A DNA stretch of 62,963 nt, filler included, from Octopus bimaculoides (lineage: Eukaryota), in the NCBI RefSeq assembly GCF_001194135.2. It is 9 parts of 8 records of this genome, joined end to end, with 100 filler letters (N's around TTAATTAATTAA, not from the genome) between each part and the next. Parts side by side here need not be neighbours in the genome. Positions count along the whole stretch, not along the records: positions 1 to 10,770 come from NC_068981.1; positions 10,871 to 12,640 come from NW_026382104.1; 7 more parts are not named here. The stretch is one strand, 5' to 3'. Every line of letters begins with the position of its first letter. Position 1 is the first letter of the stretch. This document shows positions 1-10,974 of the stretch, in pieces. The notes under the pieces are model-generated. The model was not told where the DNA came from. It ran no database searches and saw nothing but the letters and a program-made list of their open reading frames with translations. Position numbers and translations under genes: made by a program.

Positions 1-44
1 ATCGACACCGGAAGGATACAAAATGGAAACAAAAAAATAATAAT

Positions 45-126
45 AAAGTTGACCTCAGTTGGATTTGAACTCGGGGCATAAAATACCACTAGGCTGTTTC
101 GTTCGACGTTTTAACGACTCTGCCAA
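45..126 (-). mobile_element. SINE family A, 5' fragment
   Basis: Reverse complement reads TGGCAGAGTCGTT...GAGTTCAAATCC...GAGGTCAACTTT, matching the head of the other family A copies in this window. Confidence 0.7.
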
Positions 127-609
127 TGCACTTAAATAATGGACGTTCAATGATTAGATGAGAAGATAAAGATGATACAAAAGCCATCAGTTGAATGGAT
201 AAGCGTTCATGTAGTGTTCTTTGGCGAGACAGAGCGGGGGTCGACATTTTTTCTTTCTTGTCTTTCTTCTGCGTCAGTCGTTAAGTTAGACACAAACAGA
301 CAATGATTTTAAAAAAAGAGCAAATAACAATCAAATAAAAGATGATAATAAAAGAGTGGGTCACGGATTCTTGGTGTCTGCAAACGACAGGCGAAATGTC
401 AAGACTCTGTGTCTGTCAGACGATGTCATTCTACGAGAGATATTCGTTTTTATTGCACTGCTGGGGTTTCTAAGTCAAACGATAGGGCGTCGCTCAACTT
501 TATTTCCTTATAACAATGTTATAGATTTGCTCAGAATTAATATATTTTTCACCCTTCTGTTCTTCTGTCTTCCTCTCTTTTTATCGCTCCCTGTCCCTTC
601 ACCCTCACC

Positions 610-623
610 TCTCTCTCTCTCTA

Positions 624-663
<40 letters not shown>
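610..663. repeat. (CT)n microsatellite
   Basis: Direct dinucleotide run. Confidence 0.95.
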
Positions 664-666
<3 letters not shown>

Positions 667-1316
667 TTCCACTTAGATCACTGCTCCCCGCATACTTAGA
701 TACATAAACTTGAAATCAAACATACAATACACATGTGTGTGTGTATATATACATATATACTGTAAAGCGATGGTGTGTGTGTGTGGGGGGGGACAAACAC
801 AGACATACAAATATATAATAAATGATAGATAATATATATATATATATATAATAAATGAGTATATGCATATATACGTACAGGTATGTACATACCTACATCT
901 ACCTGTATATATAGNNNNNNNNNNNNNNNNNNNNNNNNNNNNNNNNNNNNNNNNNNNNNNNNNNNNNNNNNNNNNNNNNNNNNNNNNNNNNNNNNNNNNN
1001 NNNNNNNNNNNNNNNNNNNNNNNNNNNNNNNNNNNNNNNNNNNNNNNNNNNNNNNNNNNNNNNNNNNNNNNNNNNNNNNNNNNNNNNNNNNNNNNNNNNN
1101 NNNNNNNNNNNNNNNNNNNNNNNNNNNNNNNNNNNNNNNNNNNNNNNNNNNNNNNNNNNNNNNNNNNNNNNNNNNNNNNNNNNNNNNNNNNNNNNNNNNN
1201 NNNNNNNNNNNNNNNNNNNNNNNNNNNNNNNNNNNNNNNNNNNNNNNNNNNNNNNNNNNNNNNNNNNNNNNNNNNNNNNNNNNNNNNNNNNNNNNNNNNN
1301 NNNNNNNNNNNNNNNN

Positions 1317-1507
1317 TAGCATACCATGTGATATGCTTAGCAGTATTTCGCCTGTCTTTATGTTCTGAGTTCAAATTCCGCCGAGGTCGACTTTGCCTTT
1401 CATCCCTTCGGGGTCGATAAATTAAATACCAGTTGCATACTGGATCGATCTTATCGACTGGCCCCATCCCCCAAAATTTCGGGCCTTGTGCCCAAAGTAG
1501 AAAAAAT
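1317..1507 (+). mobile_element. SINE family A (tRNA-derived), 5' end lost in gap
   Basis: B box GAGTTCAAATTCC, core GGTCGACTTTGCCTTTCATCC...GGGGTCGATAAATTAA, tail GGGCCTTGTGCC...GTAGAAA. Confidence 0.9.
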
Positions 1508-1662
1508 ATATATAATTAACTGTTGTTCCTCCTCTGTTTTCGTTCACCCAAAGCCAGGAACTTCTCAGCACCCCTCCTCTGTGTGTGTGTGTGGGGGGGG
1601 GGGTGTATGCATACATCTATGCATATATAAAATTATGGCAAATCTTTTATATATATTTATTT

Positions 1663-2000
1663 AGGTGTAGCGTGGCCAAATGGTTAAGTTTGCTTCGCAA
1701 CCATGCGGTTCCAGATTCGATCCTACTGCGAGGCATCATGGGCAAAAGTGATTGTCTATAGCCTTTGGTCGATTTGTGAGTGAAATAGGGCGAGCGGAAA
1801 CTGTACAAGATCCTGTCGGGTGCATTGTACCCACAGTTCAAGAAGTACGTCCTTGTTACCCTTTGTGTCGCACTGATTCCACTTGTGGATGTTTGCATTA
1901 TGGGTACACGTTTCGCTTTCACGTTAATTCAGGAAAAGGTAATTCAGTTGATCGTACAACTGAATCCTCATCGTTGAACGACGGAGATCCACCACCACCA
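1663..2000 (+). mobile_element. Chimeric SINE: family C-like head and core joined to a family B-like 3' tail
   Basis: 1663-1825 aligns by eye to the family C head (tRNA-like region, ...GGGCAA..., GGAAACTG); about 1846-1990 aligns to the family B tail (GGGTACACGT...CACGTTAATT...GTTGATCG.ACAACTG...GACGGAG). Confidence 0.7.
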
Positions 2001-2006
2001 TCATTA

Positions 2007-2177
2007 TTTCTTTTCTTTTAATTGTTTCAGTCGCTTGGTTGCGGCCATGCTGGAGCACCGCTTTGAAGGGTTTAGTCGAACAAATCGAGCCCAGTATAGT
2101 CAGCTTCTTTTAGCTTCCGGTTACAAGATTCCACTTACAAAGCATTGGTTGGTCCGAGGGCTATAGTAGAAGACACT
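2007..2177 (-). mobile_element. SINE family C, internally deleted copy
   Basis: TTGTTTCAGTC...GCGGCCATGCTGGAGCACCGC tail and CTATAGTAGAAGACACT core segment. Confidence 0.8.
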
Positions 2178-2229
2178 GGTCTTATATACATACATATATA
2201 TATATATTTATATAAATTCACCACACATC

Positions 2230-2275
<46 letters not shown>

Positions 2276-3057
2276 TGAATTTATGGAAAGAAATCCCATA
2301 AAATGAAGAAGACAAGTTGTTACAATATATAAGAGAATTTTAAAATTTTATTTTATATTGTAACAACTTGTTTTCTCCAATTTTGCCTAAATTGATGAGT
2401 TTTATGGGATTTCCTTCCATAAATTCACATAACACCATNNNNNNNNNNNNNNNNNNNNNNNNNNNNNNNNNNNNNNNNNNNNNNNNNNNNNNNNNNNNNN
2501 NNNNNNNNNNNNNNNNNNNNNNNNNNNNNNNNNNNNNNNNNNNNNNNNNNNNNNNNNNNNNNNNNNNNNNNNNNNNNNNNNNNNNNNNNNNNNNNNNNNN
2601 NNNNNNNNNNNNNNNNNNNNNNNNNNNNNNNNNNNNNNNNNNNNNNNNNNNNNNNNNNNNNNNNNNNNNNNNNNNNNNNNNNNNNNNNNNNNNNNNNNNN
2701 NNNNNNNNNNNNNNNNNNNNNNNNNNNNNNNNNNNNNNNNNNNNNNNNNNNNNNNNNNNNNNNNNNNNNNNNNNNNNNNNNNNNNNNNNNNNNNNNNNNN
2801 NNNNNNNNNNNNNNNNNNNNNNNNNNNNNNNNNAGACAAATAAACTAGCAAATAAACTATTTTGCTAGTTTATTTGTCTATTTGTCTTTTTTCCTGGTGC
2901 TGTATAAATACATGATATAATTTTAGAGTCAAGTTTTGACTGCTATCTTTAGCATGGTGGTATCTCTTAGATACCTTTAATTATTATTATTTTTTTTATT
3001 GCCATGCTAGCCACGTGATATGATCGGTATTTTAAATAACGATCTTATCCATATTTA

Positions 3058-3137
<80 letters not shown>

Positions 3138-3885
3138 ATTTATAATGCAAATGGGAAAAAAACGTAGCACGTGTTTAAAATACCGTATGTACTCAACCCG
3201 TTTCACTTCAGAACATTTATATAATAATCCTTTGCTTAATTTAGCTCCCTTTTTCGTTTCTTTATTTCCATCTCCTCTCTAATTCCTCGTTGCTTCATGT
3301 TGTTTTATAAAGAAAAAGTTCCGTCTAGATACGTCGATGTCGGACTCTGTTGAGAGGCTGAAGTGTTTGGTTAGCTTCCAGCATTGATCTCGAATCTCGT
3401 CATAAGCATAATCAGTGATAGGTTAACGTTCTAAGCAAACTCTCAATGCATTTAAGTGGCTTAATCTCTCTCCATGTCGTCTCAACTAATGACCCGTAAT
3501 GTAGAAAAAAATGAAATGAAAATAAGTAAAAGTGTTAACAAGACCGAACATGTTTCCGTACAGCGGATGAACGATCTCCTTTGCTGTAAAGATGTCTCAC
3601 ATAATTATCGTCGCTACGTTACTCCGTGTGTTGACTTCTATACATCATAGACTGACGAGATAACTCGTGGCTGTGACTAATAGTGGATGGATTGAAATCA
3701 TGACACTTAGGCTGAAGTATATTTGCCTCGAGTTTTTTGTTTTTAAGGCGTCAAGGCTATAATTCTTAAATGAAGCCAAGTATGTAGGTCCTGGGGAGGA
3801 ATTATGCCTGGTATTTCAGGAAAGTTCTTTGAAGAAATGGCAATTCTTATGAACGGCTACGAATAAACATAAAGAATTCTTTAAC

Positions 3886-4098
3886 ATTACTCTGTTACTC
3901 TCTCTGTTAATTGTTTCAGTCATTTGACTGCGGCCATGATGGAGCACCGCCTTTAGTCGAGCAAATCGACCCCAGGACTTATTCTTTGTAAGCCTAGTAC
4001 TTATTCTATCGGTGTCTTTTTGCCGAACCGCTAAGTTACGGGGACGTAAACATACCACCGTCGGTTGTCAAGCGGTGTTGGGGGGACAAACACAGACA

Positions 4099-4197
<99 letters not shown>

Positions 4198-4359
4198 GAC
4201 AGGCTTCTTTCAGTTTCTGTCTACCAAATCTACTCATAAGGCTTTGGTCGGCCAGAGGCTATTGTAGAAGACACTCGCCCAAGGTGCCATGCAGTGGGAC
4301 TGAACCCGGAACCATGTGGTTGTTAAGCAAGCTACTTACCACACAGCAACTCCTGCGCC
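3886..4359 (-). mobile_element. SINE family C, full length, with internal (CA)n(TA)n microsatellite
   Basis: Minus strand: tRNA-like head with B box GGTTCCGGGTTCAGTCCC, CORE-like GGCACCTTGGGCGAGTG, internal microsatellite, tail ...ATCATGGCCGCAGTCAAATGACTGAAACAA; possible TSD ATTCTT(T/G)AAC. Confidence 0.92.
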
Positions 4360-4732
4360 ATTCTTGAACTTATCTAAACAATGAAATTATTTAGTCTCTC
4401 ATTAATTAGTTAATCTCTTCGTTTGTTAGATGTCTGCTACTTCCTTTGTTTATGAACTAATTAGATGATTAATTATGGAATTAACGATTGATCGTTTAGC
4501 TAATTTATTCTATAATTACGAAATCGATCGATTAATGAAGGAGGTCATTAAGTATACTTATAAGCAGATTACTTAATAGTTAAATAGTAAGTGTTGCTAG
4601 TCGCTCTGGTGTTAATCGTAAATGATGTATTAATTATGAATGTCAATCATTCATAGAGCAGCTAATAAAGAGGGCGCTAAAAGCGTGTTTCATGTTTGTA
4701 ACATAAAAAAACAACAACTAAAAATCCAACGT

Positions 4733-5130
4733 CTTTTCCTCTTTTACTTGTTTCAGTCATTCGACTGTGGCCAAGCTGGAGCAATACTTTGAGGTATTTT
4801 CAGTCGAACGAATCGATCCCAGTGTTTATTTTTATTTTAGAATTGGCACTTATTCTATCCGTCTCTTGTGACGAACCGTTAAGCTACAGGGACATAAACA
4901 CAACAAGACCGGTTATCAAGCAGTGATGGTCATGATGGTGGTGGTGGTGGGGATAAACACCGACATAAAGACACACACATATAGGTATACATCTGTCGAC
5001 AGGCTTCTCTCTGTTTCCGTCAACCAAACCCAAATATAACGCTTTGGTCGGCCTAAGGCTATAGTGGAAGACGGTTTCTCCAAGGGGCCATGCAGTGGGA
5101 CTGAACCCGTAACTATGTGGCTGCGATGCA
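4733..5130 (-). mobile_element. SINE family C, diverged near-full-length copy
   Basis: Colinear with 3886-4359. Confidence 0.85.
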
Positions 5131-5189
5131 GGATAAAAACATTTAAGAATTAGTTTTTAATTGTTCTTAATTTTATTTTACGTCATATA

Positions 5190-5279
5190 TTTTACCGGTT
5201 TCAAGAGTTGAACTACGGCCATGCTGGGGTATTCCATCCAAGGGATTAGTGAAACACATCAACTCCAGTACTTATTTCA
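5190..5279 (-). mobile_element. SINE family C, 3' tail fragment
   Basis: CGGCCATGCTGGGG...CCAGTACTTATTT matches the family C tail. Confidence 0.6.
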
Positions 5280-5327
5280 CGATAGCCTCAGTTGAAAACG
5301 ACCCATGTAAACAGAAAACATATATAC

Positions 5328-5705
5328 ATGAGGCTGTATCGTAAGGAGTTTGCTTACCAACCACATGGTTCCGGGTTCAGTCCCACTGCGTGGCACCTTG
5401 GGCAAGTGTTTTCTACTATAGCCTTGGGCCGACCGAAGCCTTGTGAGTGGATTTGGTAGACAGAAACTGAAAGATACTTGTCGTATATATATATGTGTGT
5501 GTGTGTGTGTGCCCCGCCATCGCTTGACAACCGATGCTGGTGCGTTTACGTCCCCTTAACACAGCGGTTCGTGAAAAGAGTGGCCGATAGAATAAGTACT
5601 AGGCTTCCAAAGAATAAGTCCTGGAGTCGATGTGTTCGACTAAAGGCGGTGCTCCAGCATGGGCCGCAGTCAAATGACTGAAACAAGTAGAAGAATATAA
5701 GAATA
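5328..5705 (+). mobile_element. SINE family C, full length
   Basis: GGTTCCGGGTTCAGTCCCACTGCGTGGCACCTTGGGCAAGTG, internal (TA)(TG) tract, tail GGTGCTCCAGCATGGGCCGCAGTCAAATGACTGAAACAAGTA. Confidence 0.92.
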
Positions 5706-5780
5706 TATATGAAGAGTAACATGTACATATATAAGCCAAATAATGAGACATCTTTAATGATTCATAAGCGTGCTTATATG

Positions 5781-6138
5781 TGTGGAGGCGCAATGGCCCA
5801 GTGGTTAGGGGAGCGGACTCGCGGTCGTAGGATCGCGATCTCGATTCCCAGACCGGGCGTTGAGCGAAAACACCTAAAGCTCCATGAGGCTCCGGCAGGG
5901 GTGGTGGCGTTCCCTGCTGTACTCTTTCACCACAACTTTCTCTCACTCATTCTTCCTGTTTCTGTTGTACCTGTATTTCAAAGGGGCCAGCCTTGTCATG
6001 CTGAATCTACCTGAGAATTACGTTAAGGGTACACGTGTCTGTGGAGTGCTCAGCCACTTACACGTTAATTTCCCGAGCAGGCAGTTCCGTTGATCGGATC
6101 AACTGAAACCTTCGTCGTCGTAACCGACGGAGTGCTCC
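5781..6138 (+). mobile_element. SINE family B (tRNA-derived), full length
   Basis: A box TGGCCCAGTGG, B box TCTCGATTCC; colinear with copies at 13877-14262 and 49879-50264. Confidence 0.92.
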
Positions 6139-6277
6139 GATATCTATGCACATATGGACCTATGCTTCGTGCTGTACAGGTTCCCATCTATCAAATTGTT
6201 CTCACAGAGTAGTGGTCGACCCGACGCTACCGAGAAAAGAAGCTGGTCTAAGTTGCGGCCAGGAAGTATGAGATCTG

Positions 6278-6420
6278 GACAAAACCCTACTAGGACAAAA
6301 CCACCCCAGGACAAAATTCCCTAAGTTAAAGTACGAATGCAGACAAAACCTTACTACTTTGACACTCTTTTGACAAAATCCCCCAATTTAAAGTGCAAAT
6401 GCAGGCAAAACCCCTCGGTT
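6278..6420. repeat. Array of (G)GACAAAA-(N)CCC motifs, probable DNA transposon subterminal repeats
   Basis: About six copies of GACAAAA/GGCAAAA followed by C-runs; the reverse-complement motif (GGGGCTTTTGTCC) occurs at 47862-47890. Confidence 0.45.
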
Positions 6421-6839
6421 GTGTTTTTGGCGGAAGTATGCAACAATCACCCCCACCCTGTTTTTTACAGATTCCGACGTTTTTGGTAATAGGGATCCTG
6501 ATTCTTTTACGAAAATTATTTTTGGATTCCACGTAGTAAAAGACGGACATGATGATTCTGAAAACCGTCTTTTTCCAAAATTTCAAAAGAATCAATTGAC
6601 ACTCCCTGCTACCCCGCATACATGCATACCAATATTCTGGATGTCTTTAAACTCGTTCGCCCAGTACATGCAGTTAAGCCAAGGTCTCTCCACATGCTAG
6701 AAATAACAGCCAAATCACTTTATTAAAAATGATTATACGTAAACAAAAACGGAAATTGCAGTTTGAACAGGCATATCGCAGATGATTGTCGCTTGATCGA
6801 TGTCTTCTACCTTCTTTGACACATGTTTATATCATGATG

Positions 6840-6841
<2 letters not shown>

Positions 6842-6882
<41 letters not shown>

Positions 6883-6889
6883 GAGAGAA

Positions 6890-6942
<53 letters not shown>
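6842..6942. repeat. (AG)n microsatellite
   Basis: Direct run. Confidence 0.95.
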
Positions 6943-6945
<3 letters not shown>

Positions 6946-7414
6946 GCTGTTTTCTAGTGTGTTTATCAAAAGGTGGTCGACAGTGGCAAGATTTGTGAGA
7001 CTGAATGGATCTACTCTGAATATTCGTTTGTAAGTAGGAGGAAAGAAATTGGAAGAGGGCACTTTTCCATGCCTTGGACTTGGCAGAGTAATCCGGGATT
7101 TATGCCTGGGGTTTACCACAAATTACTCTAAGTAGACTTCCCCGTTATTGGGGATTCTATTTATTTATTTATTATTTATTTCTCTACTTTCTATTATATA
7201 TCCTCTGTTATATCCTTTAATGTGGTATTATCTCCCCTTGATCGATGTAAATCCCCATCTCTTTTTGTATTTTTTGTTTTTGTTTTTTGTTTTTGTGTGC
7301 TATAACTCGTCCTTCGATATTGAAGGACCTCCATGTCTTGGGCCCTTCTGGCCAATAAAAGAAATCATTATTGTTATTATTTCTATTATTATTAACATTA
7401 TCGTTGTTGTTGTT

Positions 7415-7625
7415 GTGGCGAGCTGGCAGAAACGTTAGCACGCCGGACAAAATGCTTAGCGGCATTACGGCCGTCTTTACATTCTGAGTTCAAATTCCGT
7501 CGAACTCGACTTTGCCATTCATCCTTTCGGGGTCGATAAATCAAGCACCAGTGAAACATTGGGGTTAATGATATCGACTAATCCCCTCCCTCAAAACCTG
7601 AGGCTTCGTGCCTTTAGTAGAAAGG

Positions 7626-7685
<60 letters not shown>

Positions 7686-7702
7686 GTTATTGTTGTTGTT
7701 GT
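7415..7702 (+). mobile_element. SINE family A, full length, with (TTA)n/(TTG)n tail
   Basis: Head GGCGAGCTGGCAGAAACGTTAGCACGCC, B box, core, trinucleotide tail. Confidence 0.92.
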
Positions 7703-7707
7703 AAAAT

Positions 7708-7930
7708 AGGGCTGCTATTTGGCAGAATCATTACCACGCCAGGAAAGATGCTTAACGGCTTTTTCTCTGTTTTTACTTTCCGAGTTCAAATTCTGCCGAG
7801 GTCGACTTTGCCTTTCATCCTTTCAGAGTCGACAAAATAAATACCAGTTGATCCCTAGGGTCGACGTAATCGACTCGCTCCCTTTTCCAAAATGTCAGTT
7901 TTTGTCTCTATAATAGAAAGAATTATTATT
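7708..7930 (+). mobile_element. SINE family A, second copy in head-to-tail tandem
   Basis: TGGCAGAATCATT...GAGTTCAAATTCTGCCGAGGTCGACTTTGCCTTTCATCC. Confidence 0.88.
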
Positions 7931-8319
7931 ACACATGTAAGTTATTCCTTCAGTTAGTTAACTAGTCTATTAGTCAACTTGTTTCTATGTTACGATTAGG
8001 AGAGTTAAACCATTGACTCAAAAACATAAATTGCAATGCAAAGATACATCTTGTTGTAATGGAAAGCGGATGGGGAGAAGGTGACATGACACTCGCTATC
8101 TCTGGTTGTGAAAAATCCGTCATTGACTGGTTCCGCTCCAAAGAAGTAAAGAATGGAATTGATGCTTCTCTAAACTTTTTTTCAGTTGCTCCCTAATTGA
8201 TGTAAGGAAATTTTTTTAGGATTCCAAAAGACTAATGAAGGAGATTTCCGGAACGTGACATTATCCGTTATTTGGAAATGTCACGTTCGTCTTTAGGAAA
8301 GCGGTCTCATCATAATATT

Positions 8320-8421
8320 CATCGTCATCAGCACGATGACGACGACGACGACGACCATCATCACCATCATCATCATCACTAGCATCAACACCATCATTGC
8401 TACTCCTACCTCCACCAACAC

Positions 8422-8461
<40 letters not shown>

Positions 8462-8470
8462 GTTATTATG
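8320..8470. repeat. Compound trinucleotide repeat (CGA/CAT/CAC/TAT)
   Basis: Direct runs. Confidence 0.9.
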
Positions 8471-9029
8471 TGTCACTTTCGCATTTTAAAATATAACGTG
8501 AAGCTAAAGAATGAAATTGTTTCATCTAAACACGAATCTTTCTCTTTACTTCACTGTTTTAAAATATATACAGACAGGGACAGGGAGAGATAGGGAGAGG
8601 ATAAGAGAGAGTGCAGAGTGGGAGAAGGGGAGAGAGAGAGAGTATGGTTGTCTTACTTCCGGCCGTATATGCAGCAAATATTTCCATCTTCTGCCACAAC
8701 TTTATACTGTAACTACCACGTCATTAATCATATTTCTCTACCTGTTTCCCTTCACTTTCCTCCTCTCTTTTTTTATAAATTGTCTCCAAAATAACGCGCC
8801 ATAATTTTAAAGCACTTCCACAAAGAATACCTACAAGAAAGAAAAAACAAAAAGTTTGAACTGAAAACCAAAAATGATGTATCAGTATTAAAAAGACAAT
8901 CAACAAGTAAGACGCCGATCGATCGATCGATCCATTCATTTCTACTTCTCACAATTCCGAGGAAGGAGTCCTTAGGTACCCTCTCCCTAGGGTCCTATCA
9001 GATACAACCGTCATTATACTTTCCTGCCG

Positions 9030-9540
9030 GGGTCCCAAGCGTAACCAACCAAGACTATGGATGGTTGTGTAAACATTCAACCATCTCGATCTTGGTCTAA
9101 CCCTTTTGTCTGCTGTAGATTGGCTCCGCTTGAAGAATCCTTCTTGCTACCCTTTCCTGCGGTATTTTAATCCCTTGTCCATAGTATTAGGGCTGTGACT
9201 TCTCAATACAGTAAAGTAGCGACTCGGTCTGGAGAGATTTACTAATCTCCGTGCTCTGCGCCCAGTCGAATAATGTTACTCTAAATATCCTTGAGAGGAA
9301 CCACCATTTCGGCCGCTTGTATTTGCGACCGTGCTCTCTCAGTCATTGCCCAGTAGTCATGACCATAGGTGAGGATAGGCAGGAAAACCGAATTGAAAAT
9401 AGCAAGTTTGGATTTTTTTACCGTTTCTTTTTCTGAGAATTGGAAGCTGGAACTGGTGCATAATTGTCCCAGAACCTGCAAACCTGGCATCCAATTTAGC
9501 TTCCCGCTTTTCACCATTCTTAAATTTCTCCACTTGCCTC
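9030..9540 (-). mobile_element. RTE-clade LINE 3' remnant (Expander/RTE-1-like)
   Basis: KLAIFNSVFLPILTYGHDYWAMTERARSQIQAAEM resembles the RTE C-terminal motif PTLTYGHE.WVMTER.RSRIQAAEM; frameshifted. Confidence 0.8.
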
Positions 9541-10092
9541 AGTGATGTTCCACTAACATAGCGAATTCACTGGGAAGACTTTCCGGAGAGGGCCACCATC
9601 AAGAGGTAAGCTTTAAAAAGTAATATTTAATAATAAGGAGCAAATTGGAAAACACCGGGACCAAAATGTGTAAATTTACTCTTCAAACACTGGAGAATGA
9701 AGGACATTGAAGAACTTGACTAAGTCGTCTACGTTACAAAGATTCTAGGAGACAGTATTTATTCTCAAATTATTTAATAAAAAGAAATGAAACTTGTAAT
9801 ATTGGAAAATCTGTTTTTAAGGTTTAATAATTTAACTAGAGTGTTACCTGTGTTATGATGGGCATATTTGGAAGTATACTTTTGCCGCCCTGGGTAATGT
9901 CAAGAAATATGGCAGACATAAAATAATCATAATTTTACTGTTATCAAATATTTTGGTGCTTACGCAAAATGATGAAATGAAAACTAACTTTCAAATCTGT
10001 AGTTCTCATCCGGGGTTCATAAAGCCCTTGGAGATCCGTAGAAGTTTTTATTCCAGTTCAATATTTAAGGGATGAGGAATTATGTACATTAC

Positions 10093-10292
10093 TTTTTTTA
10101 CTCTTTTACCTGTTTCAGTCATCTAACTGTGGCCATGCTGGAACACCACCTTTAGTAGAGCAAATCGACCCAGGACTTATTCTTTGTAAGCCTAGTACAT
10201 ATTCTATCGGTTCTCTTTTACCGAACCGCTATGTTACGGAGACGTAAACACACCAGCATCGGTTGTCAAGCGATGTTGGGAATACAAACACA

Positions 10293-10352
<60 letters not shown>
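10093..10352 (-). mobile_element. SINE family C, 3' half ending in the internal microsatellite
   Basis: Tail and mid-body match 3886-4200. Confidence 0.88.
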
Positions 10353-10353
<1 letters not shown>

Positions 10354-10870
10354 TAATATTTCTAATTAATATTTCTAAGTAAGTGTTAAACAAAGTGGGC
10401 GCGGTTTCAAACCACAGTAAATACACTGCCAATATATTTGTTAAGTAAACAGCTATTATTTGGGTGGAACCTTTTGGCGTAGGAGGGGCTGTTTATCTAC
10501 AAAATGCATTGCAGTTATTTCTTAACCGAATCAAGCGATTTGTACGATACTTCTCGTAAGTTTGTTGATGATAACGTATCGTTTCATTTGACGAAAATGC
10601 AATGGAATTTAAAGTTAAATTGCAAATGGAATCTTGACACGAACCAAAGTTCCATGTTGTGAATATCACCAAAAGATAAGGCTAAAATTTCATAGTCATC
10701 TGTGGCATCTCCCTGTGAAAACAAAGAGAAGATATTGTGTCTGATTTTTTTTTTTTTTTTTTTTTTTTTTNNNNNNNNNNNNNNNNNNNNNNNNNNNNNN
10801 NNNNNNNNNNNNNNTTAATTAATTAANNNNNNNNNNNNNNNNNNNNNNNNNNNNNNNNNNNNNNNNNNNN

Positions 10871-10967
10871 TAGGAGAAGACACTTGCCCAAGGTGCCACG
10901 CAGTAGGACTGAACCCGGAATTATACGCAATGAGAAGGAAGCTTCTTATCAATAGCCACTCCTGACT
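10871..10967 (-). mobile_element. SINE family C, 5' head
   Basis: GAAGACACTTGCCCAAGGTGCCACGCAGTAGGACTGAACCCGGAA. Confidence 0.85.
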
Positions 10968-10974
10968 ATATATA

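Noticed and set aside
3300-3600. Protein-like minus-strand stretches as exons
   Set aside because: Short frames ended by stops, no consistent splice sites and no recognisable family.
3640-3680. CTGACGAG...CTCG as a hammerhead
   Set aside because: No GAAA or stem III follows.
5781-5860. tRNA-like sequences as tRNA genes
   Set aside because: A/B boxes are present but there is no complete cloverleaf, and each continues into a SINE body, some with TSDs.
9543-9605. Exon ending at the GAG|GTAAGC donor
   Set aside because: With the best acceptor all three frames contain stops; a shorter version lacks a pyrimidine tract.
10815-10827. TTAATTAATTAA islands inside N-runs (also about 12685, 18122, 34525, 42772, 46483, 56015, 60287)
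   Set aside because: The same 12-mer is centred in similar N-spacers and has stops in all six frames: an assembly or scaffolding spacer, not biology.
10093-10967. One family C SINE split by a 500-bp insertion
   Set aside because: The halves are separated by a gap and unrelated sequence with no TSD; they may be two copies.
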